DNA of 63,302 bases, the filler included, from Intoshia linei (lineage: Eukaryota; Animalia; Orthonectida): assembly GCA_001642005.1 (NCBI GenBank). It is 6 parts of 6 records of this genome, joined end to end, with 100 filler letters (N's around TTAATTAATTAA, not from the genome) between each part and the next. Parts side by side here need not be neighbours in the genome. Positions count along the whole stretch, not along the records: positions 20,722 to 51,142 come from LWCA01000361.1; 5 more parts are not named here. One strand, written 5' to 3'. Shown here piece by piece: positions 25,401-38,000 of this stretch. Position 1 is the stretch's first letter. Each line of letters begins with the position of its first letter. The translations under genes and the position numbers were made by a program. The notes under the pieces are model-generated. The model saw only the letters and a program-made list of their open reading frames with translations. It was not told the DNA's origin and did not search any database.

Positions 25401-27445
25401 AACTGAGGATTTCAAATGGACGTCTTCATTTTTGTTAATTCATTAAACTTTAATGTCAATGACAATCCATTTATCTAGTTTTTTAAGTTTGTAAAATTAA
25501 AAAATTTGGTATGCAAAAATGTATACATGAATAGGTCCGCCCTCGGTAAAGCTAGTACTTTATACAAAACGGACTAGCTAATAAAATTATAAAATGAATA
25601 TTCCTATAAAAATTTAAAAATCTACATTCTATTCTTTAAATAGACTTACATTTAATGTTAATACATTTACGGCCGTTAAAATATCCATTTAGGGATCAGT
25701 ATCTGTAAAATCTTGCGTCTCTTCAAATTTCAAATGTTATCCATCAAAATTGTTTAGTTCTGAAGGTAATATATTACAATTTATAAAGAACAAATAGCCA
25801 ATTTTTTTACTTACTGTTAGTTCTGTTACTGTTAATATTGTTAATACATTTGAAAATTTTAAATTTTTAGACTTGAAAGTCAGTTGTTTATTTTTTTAAT
25901 TTGTATTATTCCACAACACCTTTTGCATCTCGTGGACCATTTTTTATATCAATAAATTCTACGGGCCTCGTTTTAGAATATTTACACATGATACATTTCA
26001 ATTTTAATTAAACAGAAACGGTTCTATTATAATATAATTATATGCAACGAAATAAAATCCTGGGCAATCTGAAAATTCAGTATTAAAATCATTATAATGA
26101 ACCGATTATTATAGAAAATTTTTTAAACCGTGTTTAAAAGTTAAAACATTTATTTATAAATAATTTACATATTTACTAAAAGAGCCATCAAAATTATTGT
26201 GTGGGCCACTGGTTGCCGACCCTGTTCTAAAACTTTGTATAATTGCACGTACTTTGAACAAAACGGAAAATGCATAAATGTATTTATTAAATTTAGACGA
26301 TGAAATAGTCTTCATTGATGTATCAAATTTCGAACCTCTGCTTTTAGTAATATATTATTGATATCTTAATTAATTAAGACTTAATTCAATGGTCGCCACT
26401 TTTTTTCAGTGTTACTCCTGTGACAGTTTATTTTATTTAAATTCAATTTAAATTTTAAAAGTAAATTTTTAGGTTTCTTATCAAAATGGGAACATTTACA
26501 TGTATCATATCAATTGGATTAGTAATTTTAAAATTATATAAACGGATTCTGTACAATACATTTTCTATTTTAGAAAACGATCCAATTTTATCACTTTTAC
26601 AGACAACTCAGTACGAAATAACAGGCATGAAGTGGAGCCAAAGTAGACCATCAATTTTTTATGTATTGGACAAAAATTCAAATTTACATATTTGGAATTT
26701 ATTGCAATCAAATATCAAACCAACATGTGTAGAAAAAATTTGTGATTCACAGTATTGCATTCTTATTATTTTCATGAGTTTATTTTTTAAATGATTCCAT
26801 ATTACATAAAGCAAGGGTTCCAATATTTTTTACCATCGATGAATACTTGAAATTAAATTTTTCGTGGCTTATTAAAAAGTAATTTTTAAAAAAAGATGTG
26901 AAAATAGTACATTATTTCTATGATCTTAGTTGAGAATTAAATTTTTCAAATATTTAAATCTTTGTAGAGACAGGTAGCGATCCTCCAGCCTACATTTGAT
27001 GTAGATTGAATTATATTACATTTAGTTAATATATAAAATATATAGTTGATTTAGAATTGAATGTATGAGTTTATCTTGTGATTACTTTTCTACCGGGATT
27101 GGTTCTTCAAACTTTTCAAACTGCTATATGGTTTGTTTAAAAATTAGATATTTTAAATTTCATTTATTATGTAATTTATGCACCTTTTGATAATTCATAA
27201 AATATGAACAGTAATTTATTTATATTTTTTATATACTTTTTGTGTTATTGATGCAATATAATAGTGTTTGAGGTGTGTAAATCACAGCTAATCATACATT
27301 TAAAAGTAATATAAATGTATATATAATTTAGTCATTTTGTTTATCTAACGGAGATATAAAAATCTACGCTTTAAGCAAAAAGTTTGGTACATTACCAATT
27401 GATGACAACGACAAATTCGACAAATACTTACACTTGATTTTATAA
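22426..27445 (+). CDS. DYNC2I1: dynein-2 intermediate chain WDR60-like (multi-exon)
   Basis: Acidic N-terminus, RYRDLYSLLVLDF, IQT...VQSP, WD40 region, MKWSQSRPSIFYVLDKNSNLHIWNLLQS; large exon 23215-24095; last exon ends TAA at 27443-27445. Confidence 0.7.
24123..24401. mobile_element. hAT-type MITE (related copy at ~8100-8313)
   Basis: TIRs cagaaccgagcctac / gtaggtcgattctg; internal sequence shared with 8130-8230. Confidence 0.6.
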
Positions 27446-28119
27446 TTTATCCATTGTAATTAAATATTATACCATTTTTATTATTTTCGTTTTTAATAAT
27501 TTTGTTCGAAATTGAAGTTTTCATTTTCAAATTGATCTGTCTCTGCGTAACATCTTGGTATGCGACAATAATTATAATTAAAATTATTTTTTGTTTTAAC
27601 ACTATAATATTCTATATTAAAGTAATTTTATTGTTACTTGTATAACATTGAATGTATTTGTGTGATATATAATTATTCAATAACTAAGGGTCCTAGAATT
27701 TTACATTTTTTACAAAAAGGGTAATCTAGGTTTTGATTGTTAAAATACACTTTTTGAGGTGTCATTTATGATTTTAAAATCTATCCCAGAATTATATTTT
27801 ATAAAGTTTTAAAACAAATTTCATTTTTAAAAAAAAAGGTAAATTGTGGTTTTGACTATGAATGTGTGCGTTTCTGAGGCTGAGATTTACGACAATGTTA
27901 ATTAATTTAAAACACGTCCAGAATTTATATTTGTAATTTAATTTGTGGGGTTTTTTTTTAAAAAAGAAGAAATTGCGTTTTTGCCCTGAAGGATTCAAAT
28001 TAGGGATTTGAAACTTGGACATGAATATTAACCGCGAAATCTGTATTATAAATTGAAGGGTATAGCGTTATTTATACATACTTATTATTATTATTATTAT
28101 TAGAATGAGAATATTCTCA

Positions 28120-28560
28120 AACCCAACCATTTTTACTAAAATCCAACTATTGTTACTTAAATCCAATCATTTTAACCAACCCTTAAAAGTAAAATCCCTT
28201 TCACAAACTCTTTAGTTTCATTTAGTTTTTTCATTAACAATTTCAGAGAACAAATACGTTTTACCAACTTTTTAGGGAAAAATCCAGTTTTACCAACGCT
28301 AAAGTGAAAAAATGAGCTTTACCAACTCTTAGGTAATATTCTAATTTTACCAACCCTTAAGAGATTAATCCACTTTTAAAAACCCTAAAACGAAAAAGTC
28401 CGGTTTTACCAACCCTAAAAGGTTAAACCTTAACTGTATTTTTCCTTTTAGTGTTAATAAAACTAAAATTTTCCCTAAAGATTTGGTAAACTAATTTTTT
28501 CATTTTAGCGTTGGTAAAACTGGATTTTTCACTAAAGGTTTGATAAAACCAATTTTTACG
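28120..28560. repeat. foldback-like array of ~30-bp subrepeats in inverted orientation
   Basis: ttttaccaaccct..aaaatccag units flip orientation near 28420; aaaatccagttttaccaacgctaaa is mirrored by tttagcgttggtaaaactggatttt. Confidence 0.65.
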
Positions 28561-30187
28561 CAACACAGTTTTTACCGTTTAGCGTGGAACTCTTGGATTT
28601 TCCCAAAAAGTGAAAAGTTCACACCTTTAGGGTTCATGCAGCTTCAATGGAAAAATACAAAATTTAACCTTAATTTTGTTTCGACATTTTGACTAAAACA
28701 ACAAAAAATGACATCTAAATATGAGTTTAATAGAATACAAAAAAGTTGAATAATTCCTAAAAAAAGTAATTTTTCATAGACATTTTCTGATTGACTGAAT
28801 TTTTTGTTGTTCATATACATTTATGTACGTTTATGAAATTTCTTATTATTATTTATTGTATGTGTTTTTAAATGATAGGCAGAACCAAAATATTAAGGCC
28901 ACTAACATTTTATACTGTTTTTACAAAATATGTTTACTACTTAATTTTTCAAACACGTTTGGGATATATTTTTAAAAATAATCTTATTTCAATTTCTACA
29001 TATTATCTTTCGATGATGTATTAATAAATTCAGAATCATCAAATTATTCAATGAATAATGAACCCTTACTTATATAGTGATATATGATGTAAAGTAGATA
29101 GCTATGTTTGTAACCATTTATTTACGAAACAGAAATTTCTAGAAATTATAAAACTAATATTCAAAAGTAGTTTTTTCCGGTGCAGTAAATAGAATATATT
29201 TGAAACTCAGAAGTTTGCATTTTCATAATCAAGAACCCAAATTAACTTTTTATTTAATTTGAAAAAAAGTGTTCATAAATTAAAAAAACAACAGTCTAAT
29301 TTTGAAATTGGATTTTACAATTCTAATTTGAAATTTTCATGTTCTGTTAAAACCTAAAATTACCCATTATTTTGAAAAACTGACAAAGAATTATTGACTA
29401 ATCTTATCATTAAACAAATTATAGCTAATACACTTTGTGCCAGTTACCACCCAAAGATGTTTTAATTTCTTAACCCTTTTTAAAAATAACAGAAACGTTT
29501 AAGTAAATTTCCTATTAATTTTTTAACAAAACATAATGTTCACTCCTTTGTCTTTTTACGACACATTAAAATCAACAATTACTTTTGTATGTACTGTAAT
29601 GTTTTTACATTGACGTGCATGGGAAATAATTATTCCAAATTATAATGTATAAGTTACAATCTATATTTACTGTAATATTATAATTAAGTTGTCATTGTTA
29701 GCCTTAAGCCTTAAGAACTAGTCAAAAGTAATCAAATTCAGCAATTTAATATTTATCCTTACTCACTTAAACGAAATTAAAAAAGTATAAGCATCGTGAG
29801 TCTCAAATTGATACCCACTAACCGAAGGTGTTAAACTAACATTTTGATTAACCATGCATAATTTACTATTAATGGTAATCAATGAAATAGTACCAGAAAG
29901 ACATTAAAAGGAATAATAATACAAATTACCAAAATCGGCACGCTACTAAAATGTTTACGATCCCTACCCCACAACGAAAAACTAAACAAGATAAAACTAG
30001 CAGGAAATTAACCGTGTAGCTTACAATAACAAAACAAAATAATAATCTAGTCTAGCAACTTTAATTGCGAAAAATTTGTAAAATAATATTAAATCTATGC
30101 CGTTTTCCGGTATTATTCAAAATTAATTGATATTTGCGTGGATACCTGCATTTATAAACAAAAAATATAAATTACAATTGAATAATT

Positions 30188-33100
30188 ATGAATTTTTGTA
30201 AAAATGATTATGGTTTGTCATCTTGCCCAGATAGAATAAAGTCACTAAATGAACGACTAAATCTATACGCAGAAAATAAATCACCTAGTGGTAGAAATAA
30301 TTCTGCAAGTGAAATTGAATCTTTAAAAAACCTTAATGTCGCCAATCAAATTAAACTAAAAAATCAATATCAAATTCAATTTGATAATTTAGGGTAATAG
30401 TAAATTTCAATTAGACATGTAACAAGATTAATAATTCCAATATTTAGTAATAAATTACGGGAACTGCAAATTACAGTACGAAGACAAAGCAATGAATTGG
30501 AAAAAAAGAATGAAATCATTGTAAACCTTGAAAACACGTAAATATAATTGCATAATTATAATAATTATTATTATAATAATTATCGTGTTACATTTAAATT
30601 TCATAATTAAAATAGATTGGCTGAAGAACAACGAATAAACGTTAGAAATCGAGAAACAGTGGAAACTATTAAAGCAAAATTGTTGCGAAAAGACTATGAT
30701 ATCCAACAATATCATACTGAATTGGAAGACAAAAAATTAGACTTTGATAGATTAATTCGACAGCTCAAACAAATTAGTGATAGAGACAATGCTTCTCAGA
30801 ATGAGTTTTATACATTGAATTATTTATTACATGTATTTTAGATGTAATCGATTAAAAAATCAGGTACAACAATTACAACAGGATTTGAACAATGAAAGAG
30901 AAAAATTGAAAAATGAAAAATCAAACAATTCTTATGTAATTTATTGAGAACACTTTTCATTAGCTATTTTAATTATTATTCATTAATTTAACCAGATAAG
31001 TTTAAGTCAATTCAGATTGTGTATTATAAATTTGGTATTATCATTAGTCTGTCTGCTAGACGTAGTAGCTAGCTCTCAGGAAAGTTTACTTTTCAGATAC
31101 TTTTTATGTATATGTTGCTTAGAATGTGTACAACTGTGAAATGTAAACTGGAAAATCGTAGAATGTACACATTTCATAACCAAGTTGTGGAATGTGTAAA
31201 ATTTTCACTTATATTTTAATTATATATTCATTTTGAGTTTTATCAATTTTTTTTAAAGCCAACTTTAATGGATTTTTTAGTATTTTTTTTCGAACCATAC
31301 TTTCAAGGGAATTTTTAAGTTTTTTTTAAGACCAAATTTGTAGAGAAGTTTTTATGAAATTTTTTTGAACAGAACTTTAAGGATGATTTTTTTAAACCAA
31401 ACTTAAAGATACCTTAAAGTTTGGGTTAAAAAAATTCTAAGAAACCTCTTTTGAAAGTTTGGTTAAAATAAAATCTTAAAAATCACTTAAAAGTTTGATT
31501 CAAAAAAAATCTTCAAAACCACCATGAAAGTTTGGTTCAAAAAAAATTTCTAAAAAAACCACCCATAAAGTTATGTTAAAAAAATTCCTAAAAACCCCTT
31601 AAAGTTTTGGTTAAAAAAAGTTTTCTAAGAAACTTCTTTTGAAAGTTTGGTTAAAAAAAATCTTCCAGTCATCCATAAATGTATACATTCTAAGACTTGC
31701 CCATAGAATGTGTACATTTCACAGTTATACACATTCTATACGACATATATACTAGGTTGACTGTTATGTAGTACGTACAACAGCGCCTAGCTCTGCCGAG
31801 AGCAGACATTTATATTCTATCAACAAATACATTCAATAAGAAAATCTAGCTTCAAAATGTTAGTATTCACTATTATCAATCCTTTAAAGGAGTCGGTTCC
31901 AAACTTGTGTCATCACGGACCGGTCATGTGAGATTATATTTTAATTTAAAGTTAATATTCCCACTTCATTTTAATTTAACGTTTATATAAAAAGTTTTAA
32001 AACCATTTTGTGACTCATTTTTTTAATTTATTAGAGAGAACGAGTGCATAATCTTAAAAATAAAGTAAAAACAGTAATCTTAAAAATTGTCATAAACAGC
32101 TTAAATTCAAGAAAAAATTAAATTGTAAATAAACCAGTATTTTCTTTTTTAATGTGATGATGTATATTCAGTATCTGCTTTCGATGCAAAAAAAAAATCA
32201 ATTTTATAATAATAAACGGAATCAGCACTTTAAAAACATTTTCAGGATAATTTTAACATTTTAAAATAAATATAAAAATGATAATAACAAAGTTGTACTT
32301 TGTAGTACTTTGTTATAGTTTTAATTTAAAATATTGTAGAGAATTAAAATAAATTTTTGAAAATTAGTGTTTCAGAATGAAAAATTGCGTAGCAACGAAA
32401 AAAATCTGAAGGAAACAATTATATAAATTTTCACCCATATTTCTTTATTGGAAATATGTAGACGTTTAATGCACATTTTTTTTGAAATTTGTAGAACGAA
32501 TATTTACTTTTTAATTTTAATCCAAAAATTTGAAAAATATTGGTTGATAATGTATTAAAAATTATTTTTTACCGGCAATGCATAGATTGTTGGGGTTGAA
32601 ATTCTGTATTTATTTCAACTGGATTAAGCTGTATCAGAATAATTTTTTTTTAAGTTTTTAGTTTTTAATTTTTTGTAGGACTTTAATTATTTCAAATTTT
32701 TTGTTTTACAGTTGTTAATAAAATTAATTAGTTTAGAAAAAAAATAAATACTAAAGTGCTTTTTTTCCCTGAAGGCGTCACTTTGTCAGATTGAAAATTT
32801 TTGTGTGTGTGTTAACTGGTATAACCGTATCTGTATTTTTTTGAGTTTGCTTATTATGATAAGGCTAAATGTTCGTGCATTGAACAATTTCTAAATAAAA
32901 ATTTAGAATTTAATGGACGCAGATGCAAAATTAAAAAATGCTCTGAATGTAATAAAAGATTTGGAAATGAAAACAAATAATAAAAGTAATCCAGATTCAA
33001 ACAATGATGGCACATTGGAAAAAATGAGAAGACAGCATTTGGCTCAATTAGAAAATTTAAAAAATAAAACAACTGGCCATTTGGAAAAAACTAGAAGTGA

Positions 33101-34570
33101 AATGCAGAAATTGTTGGACCTTGAAAATAGAAGTAATAAATCAGTTTTGGCAGAGAATGATAATTTGAATGAGAAACTATCCAATCTCGTTCGTCATGTT
33201 CATCAATTAGAAGCAGAGGTACTTTAGAATTTTTAGCAAATTATTAAAATGTCATGTTTGATAGAAACTTTGACAATACTTGATTGAACCCAGAAAAGAG
33301 TTACGGTATTCCGAGCTCTCCTTGGTGGCATCATTTTTATTTTTAAAATTTTTTAGTCCTATTTTGCATTTTAGGGTGACCTCGCCTTAGGTTCGGCTCT
33401 GATTGAACCATAAATTTTGTAGTACAAAAGAGTAAAAAATTGTTAAAATCTTTCGATGCCCATATAGAAGCTTTCAATACCAAAGAATACTTATACAAAT
33501 TGACGTAGCACGCCCCATTATATCAATCCATGTCTTTTTGATGTTAGAAATTGGTTGAAAATTATGAAACATACAGATTTTGATAAATTAACCAAATCAT
33601 TATTTAGAAAGGTGTTAGAAACTCATATCTTTTAAGTAAAAAAATGTAACTACAATTACAAGGCATACTGGTGCTATGGGTCTATGCTAAAATTTAACGA
33701 TTACAAACCTAAAAAGTCAAATAACTTGGATTTGTATATTTCATTCACTAAATTTTAGATTAAATGAAAATAATATTATGATTTAAAGTTAAACAGGTGT
33801 TTCTAGATTCAAAGTTTGACGGATAGTAACAACGATTTGAGCAATGCCTTAAACGCAGAGAGAGAAAGAGGATCTAGAAAGGAAGCAGATTTGAAGAATA
33901 TAATAAAGGAATTGAATGACCAAACGTCTAATAGCCTAGAAAGATGTGTCAATGGAGCTGAAAAACACGCCGTAATAACAGGTGAGATTGAAAAATACGC
34001 ATCAATTTTAGACAAAATTGAGAATAAAAGGTATATTTGATTTAAAAATGTAGTCAGAATATATAATGAATTTACACATTTCCCTGGTGAATATCCAATT
34101 TTGTTTAAATTAGTCAACTAAAATGTGGAATCGTCCTATCCTAAAATAAAGTGACCAGATTTAATAAGTACTATCAATTTTAGTTTATTTGGTGTTAAAT
34201 TTAAAGCTGAAACTACATATCTATGATTACGAATAAAAATTTTAAGCTTAACCTTAATTTAAGGCTTAATCTGGTCGCTTTACCTAAAAATTGATTTTTG
34301 ATTAATATAAATTGTAAATGCTATTATAGATCACCTTTTCAAGAGAGGCCCAGAACGGGAGAATGTAGAAGAAATACCCCTAGAAGTACACCAATAAGCC
34401 CCGAGTGTAATTCAAAATTCTTTAATCCTAGGGAAAATTGTCCAAAAATCGACATTTCCGGAAGAATAAAAAATTTAAAACCAAATTATGAAATTCCACT
34501 GACAACTTATCAATATTCATTCAATGATCTCAGTAGTCCTAGTTTCAGTACATATGCACGAGGTAAATAG
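30188..34570 (+). CDS. uncharacterised coiled-coil protein (multi-exon)
   Basis: Heptad-rich exons at about 30188-30393, 30449-30538, 30616-30800, 30842-30934, 32908-33219, 33807-34030 and 34331-34570, most with GT-AG borders. Confidence 0.65.
31109..31750. mobile_element. foldback element in an intron
   Basis: Outer TIR tatatgttgcttagaatgtgtacaactgtgaaatgta; inner ~30-bp aaaccaaacttt..aagg units invert near 31408. Confidence 0.75.
31752..32830 (-). mobile_element. non-autonomous Helitron copy (3' portion) in an intron
   Basis: Reverse complement ends ctgttgtacgtactacataacagtcaacCTAG|T; body matches 44330-45080 and 6340-6499. Confidence 0.7.
33291..33401. mobile_element. 111-bp hAT MITE
   Basis: CAG...CTG ends (right end ggttcggctctg); perfect 8-bp TSD ATTGAACC. 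Confidence 0.75.
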
Positions 34571-35074
34571 TAATTTAAACTTTTAATTAAATTGATATAC
34601 AAAATTTGTATAAATATGTTACAAAAAAATTTAGATTCATGGATATCACATACAAACTATTGATAAATCGATTTAAAGAATCCCATTTGAAAATTAAACT
34701 GTTATTAAAATAAAATTTAAATTGACTTAACCATTAATATACAATTCGTTTACCTTAAATAAATTGAACATAGTAAATAAATGTTGCCATTAAAATACAG
34801 TGCACAATCTATAGTAACCTCATTGAAAGAAAATACAATTTATACTTGTGCCAACTGGCTTAAGTTATCATTTACATTTTTTAAAAAAGAATTTATCGTT
34901 TTGAGATATCTTTATTTTTGCAGTTCCAATTATCGCCAACTCATGTTGATAAACTGGTTTGCAAGTCTAGTCAATTTCCATGTAACATTTATAATTTTAG
35001 ATTTGAATTGACATTTTAATTGTAAATATTCACGTCGAATTTTCAATTTTTATAAATACAATATTTGCTTGAAA

Positions 35075-38000
35075 ATGGTCATACCTACTATTTCAAGTGT
35101 ATATCCCGATGTTCATGTTGACAAACCACGAATGTATTGGGATTATGAAAATTACAATATTGTTTGGAGGTTTTTCTTATTATGATAATGTTCATTTTTT
35201 TTAGTGATCCTGAACCATATGAGCTGGTTAAAAAGATTGGCCGTGGCAAGTATAGTGAAGTTTTTGAAGCCGTCGATGTTCGAACCAATACTACGGTTGT
35301 AGTTAAAACTTTAAAGGTGATTTTTCATTTTTAACTTTGTAACTTAATTTAAGCCTGTTAAAAAGAAAAAAATTAAACGAGAAATTCTAATACTTAACAA
35401 TTTGAAAGGAGGGATAAACATTATTACTATGCTTGATACTGTTAAAGATTCACTGGTAGGATTTTTTTGTTTTTTTAATTTTTTTTAGTCTAAAACACCA
35501 TCACTTATTTTTGAATATGTCGATAACACTGATTTTAAGGTACATTTTTTTTATTTGTGTTTATTTCAGTTCAAGTGTATGATGTGGTAGTTTTTTGATT
35601 ATTTAGATTGGAAGAATAGTAGACACATGTTTGTATTGTGTTGGGATTCATATATAATTAGGTGTTTCCTTTTATAATTGAAGATATTTGCAGCATATAT
35701 TTAAGAAAATTTTCAGCGATTTATTGATTTTTTAAGTCGTATATAATGCTGATCCGTGTATTCGTTTACTTGTTTCGCATTATCTGATTAAATGATGGAT
35801 GAGAAATGTAGATAATTGCATTTGAGAGAATAATCACCAAATTATAAAAAAAAAAATGAAAACTGCGGAAATTTATATAAAATTAATTTTTTTTGAGATG
35901 CTGCCAAAGTTTTAAAGTGTAGTATTATTATTAAAGCAGTATTATTTTTCAAAGCCGATGATAATTAAACTTTAATGTTATGAAAAAAGTATGACCTTAC
36001 AAATATATCTTATCTTAGTTAGTTATTCAAAGCATGATAAAATGAGGCTTATCTTTAAATTGTATTTACATTCAGTTAAATTTGATGTTGGTTTAGTTTG
36101 TCTTTTAAAATTTAACATTATTTAAAAAAATTGTCGGTTATAAAATAAGGTTTTTTAGCTAAGAATCAAAATCTTTACAGACAAGTTAATTTTTGTAAAT
36201 TTTTTCACTATCAATAAAGAAATTTCCAAAGAAATGCCAATTATGTAAATTTAATTTTTCAACAGAATTATTTCGAAGAATATATATTTCTGTGTTCAAC
36301 TTTTGGAAAAAGTACTTAGTTTACTCAGTACTTTGTTTTACTTTTACTCAGTTTTAAAACTCGGTACAATTAAGAATAAGCCTATTTTAGAAAATTATGT
36401 CACTTGGGTTTTGAATGTTTCATAGTTTATGAATAAATATATTTGTACTTAATTAAAAAATCAATTAGTTTTTTAAATTTTTTATGAGCGAAAACTGAAA
36501 AGTCGGAAAATTTTTATCATTGAAACAAGTCAATTTTTACTGAAATCTGATAAAAATTTTACTCAATTTTACCATACTGAGTTTCTAAATAACTGAAACA
36601 CATTAATTAATATACAATGCATACTATACATATTAGACATTTATTACACAACTATTAGTGTTTACCAACTTTTTTTGTGCTTAGCCCCTATTCAAAGAAT
36701 GACCGTTAGATCATTTTGGAGGGGGGGTTGATATAAAAATTCAATTAAAAAAGAATTAATTTTTCAAATCATTGGCATTATCATAAATCACAACCGCAAA
36801 AACTTAAAGCCAATTAAAAAACTCAACCCTCTGCAGAGCCAGCTGCTGTTTGTACAAAGTATATGTCGAGCTAGTATTGTACAAAATTAACTTTAAATTC
36901 ATCTATAGTTTTCATAATTCCAATAAATTTGCGAAATTTACCAGTACCCTCTAGTGGGCCTCGTCTCACGTTTACGAAACAATGATTTACAAAATATATA
37001 TCATGTAATCCAAAGTAGGCCACATGCGGCGCGTAACACAAATTTTACGATAGAAAATTTATCTAATTATATCGATTTCTGTTATAAAAATGATTAGTTT
37101 TCATAAAAGTTCAATTATCCGGTTAATAAAAACGCATTGTTGAAAGATATTAACTTTAGTACAAAGTCTTTAAGTACATTGTTGATACAGAAAAAGACTA
37201 TAGTATAAGTTTTTAGAATAGGAGTAGTAAAAAATATTGAAAGTGCGACCCACTAAATTTCTTTCTACCCTAAATCTGTTTCCGGGTCTTTTCTGAAATG
37301 TTCATATACTTAAAACGACAGTTTGTTTACATTATATGTTGGTTAAATTTTTACTTTCTGTTATATCAGGTGGTATAACCATTTCATAAAAGGTCAAATT
37401 TGCGTATTAAATGTTTATTTTGATGAATTATTTCATAATATTCGTAGAAAGTATACAATGCATTATAAATGTTTTTCAGAATATTCCCAATCTGTGGGTA
37501 TATATGTTGCATAGAATGTATACAACTGTGAAATGTACACTAGGGTGCCACACACATTTGAATTTTAATTGCGCGTAGTGAAAATTCGTTGCTCTTAAGC
37601 AATATATTCACTATGTCGTTTTAAAATTAACTAAAATGACCTGCTTGATCCGCAGTCTTTAAGCAAAGTTTTACAAAATTTGGAACGAATAAACATCAGT
37701 TCAAACTATTTTACATGGTTACCACCGGTTTTACACGTCCGAAGCATGACGAAAAGATGCGAAAATAGTATTGTCGGTGATTTTATGTGTTTTAAACTGA
37801 ACAACAATAAGTCACCAACAAATCTCCTGGGGGATTATAATGTATTTCTATTGAAGCAAGGAAGCGGGAATAATATCGTCGGTCATTTTAACGATTTTAC
37901 CTTTAACTCTAATAAGTTACATACAAATCGTCAGATTATTAAATGCGTACTTTCATTGAAACACGAAAAATCTACTCTTCAATTTCGAAGAGCTATAAAA

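Noticed and set aside
7078-34570. Apparent cluster of ciliary genes (LRRC49, WDR60, coiled-coil protein)
   Set aside because: It spans an artificial gap, and ciliary genes are common enough to co-occur by chance
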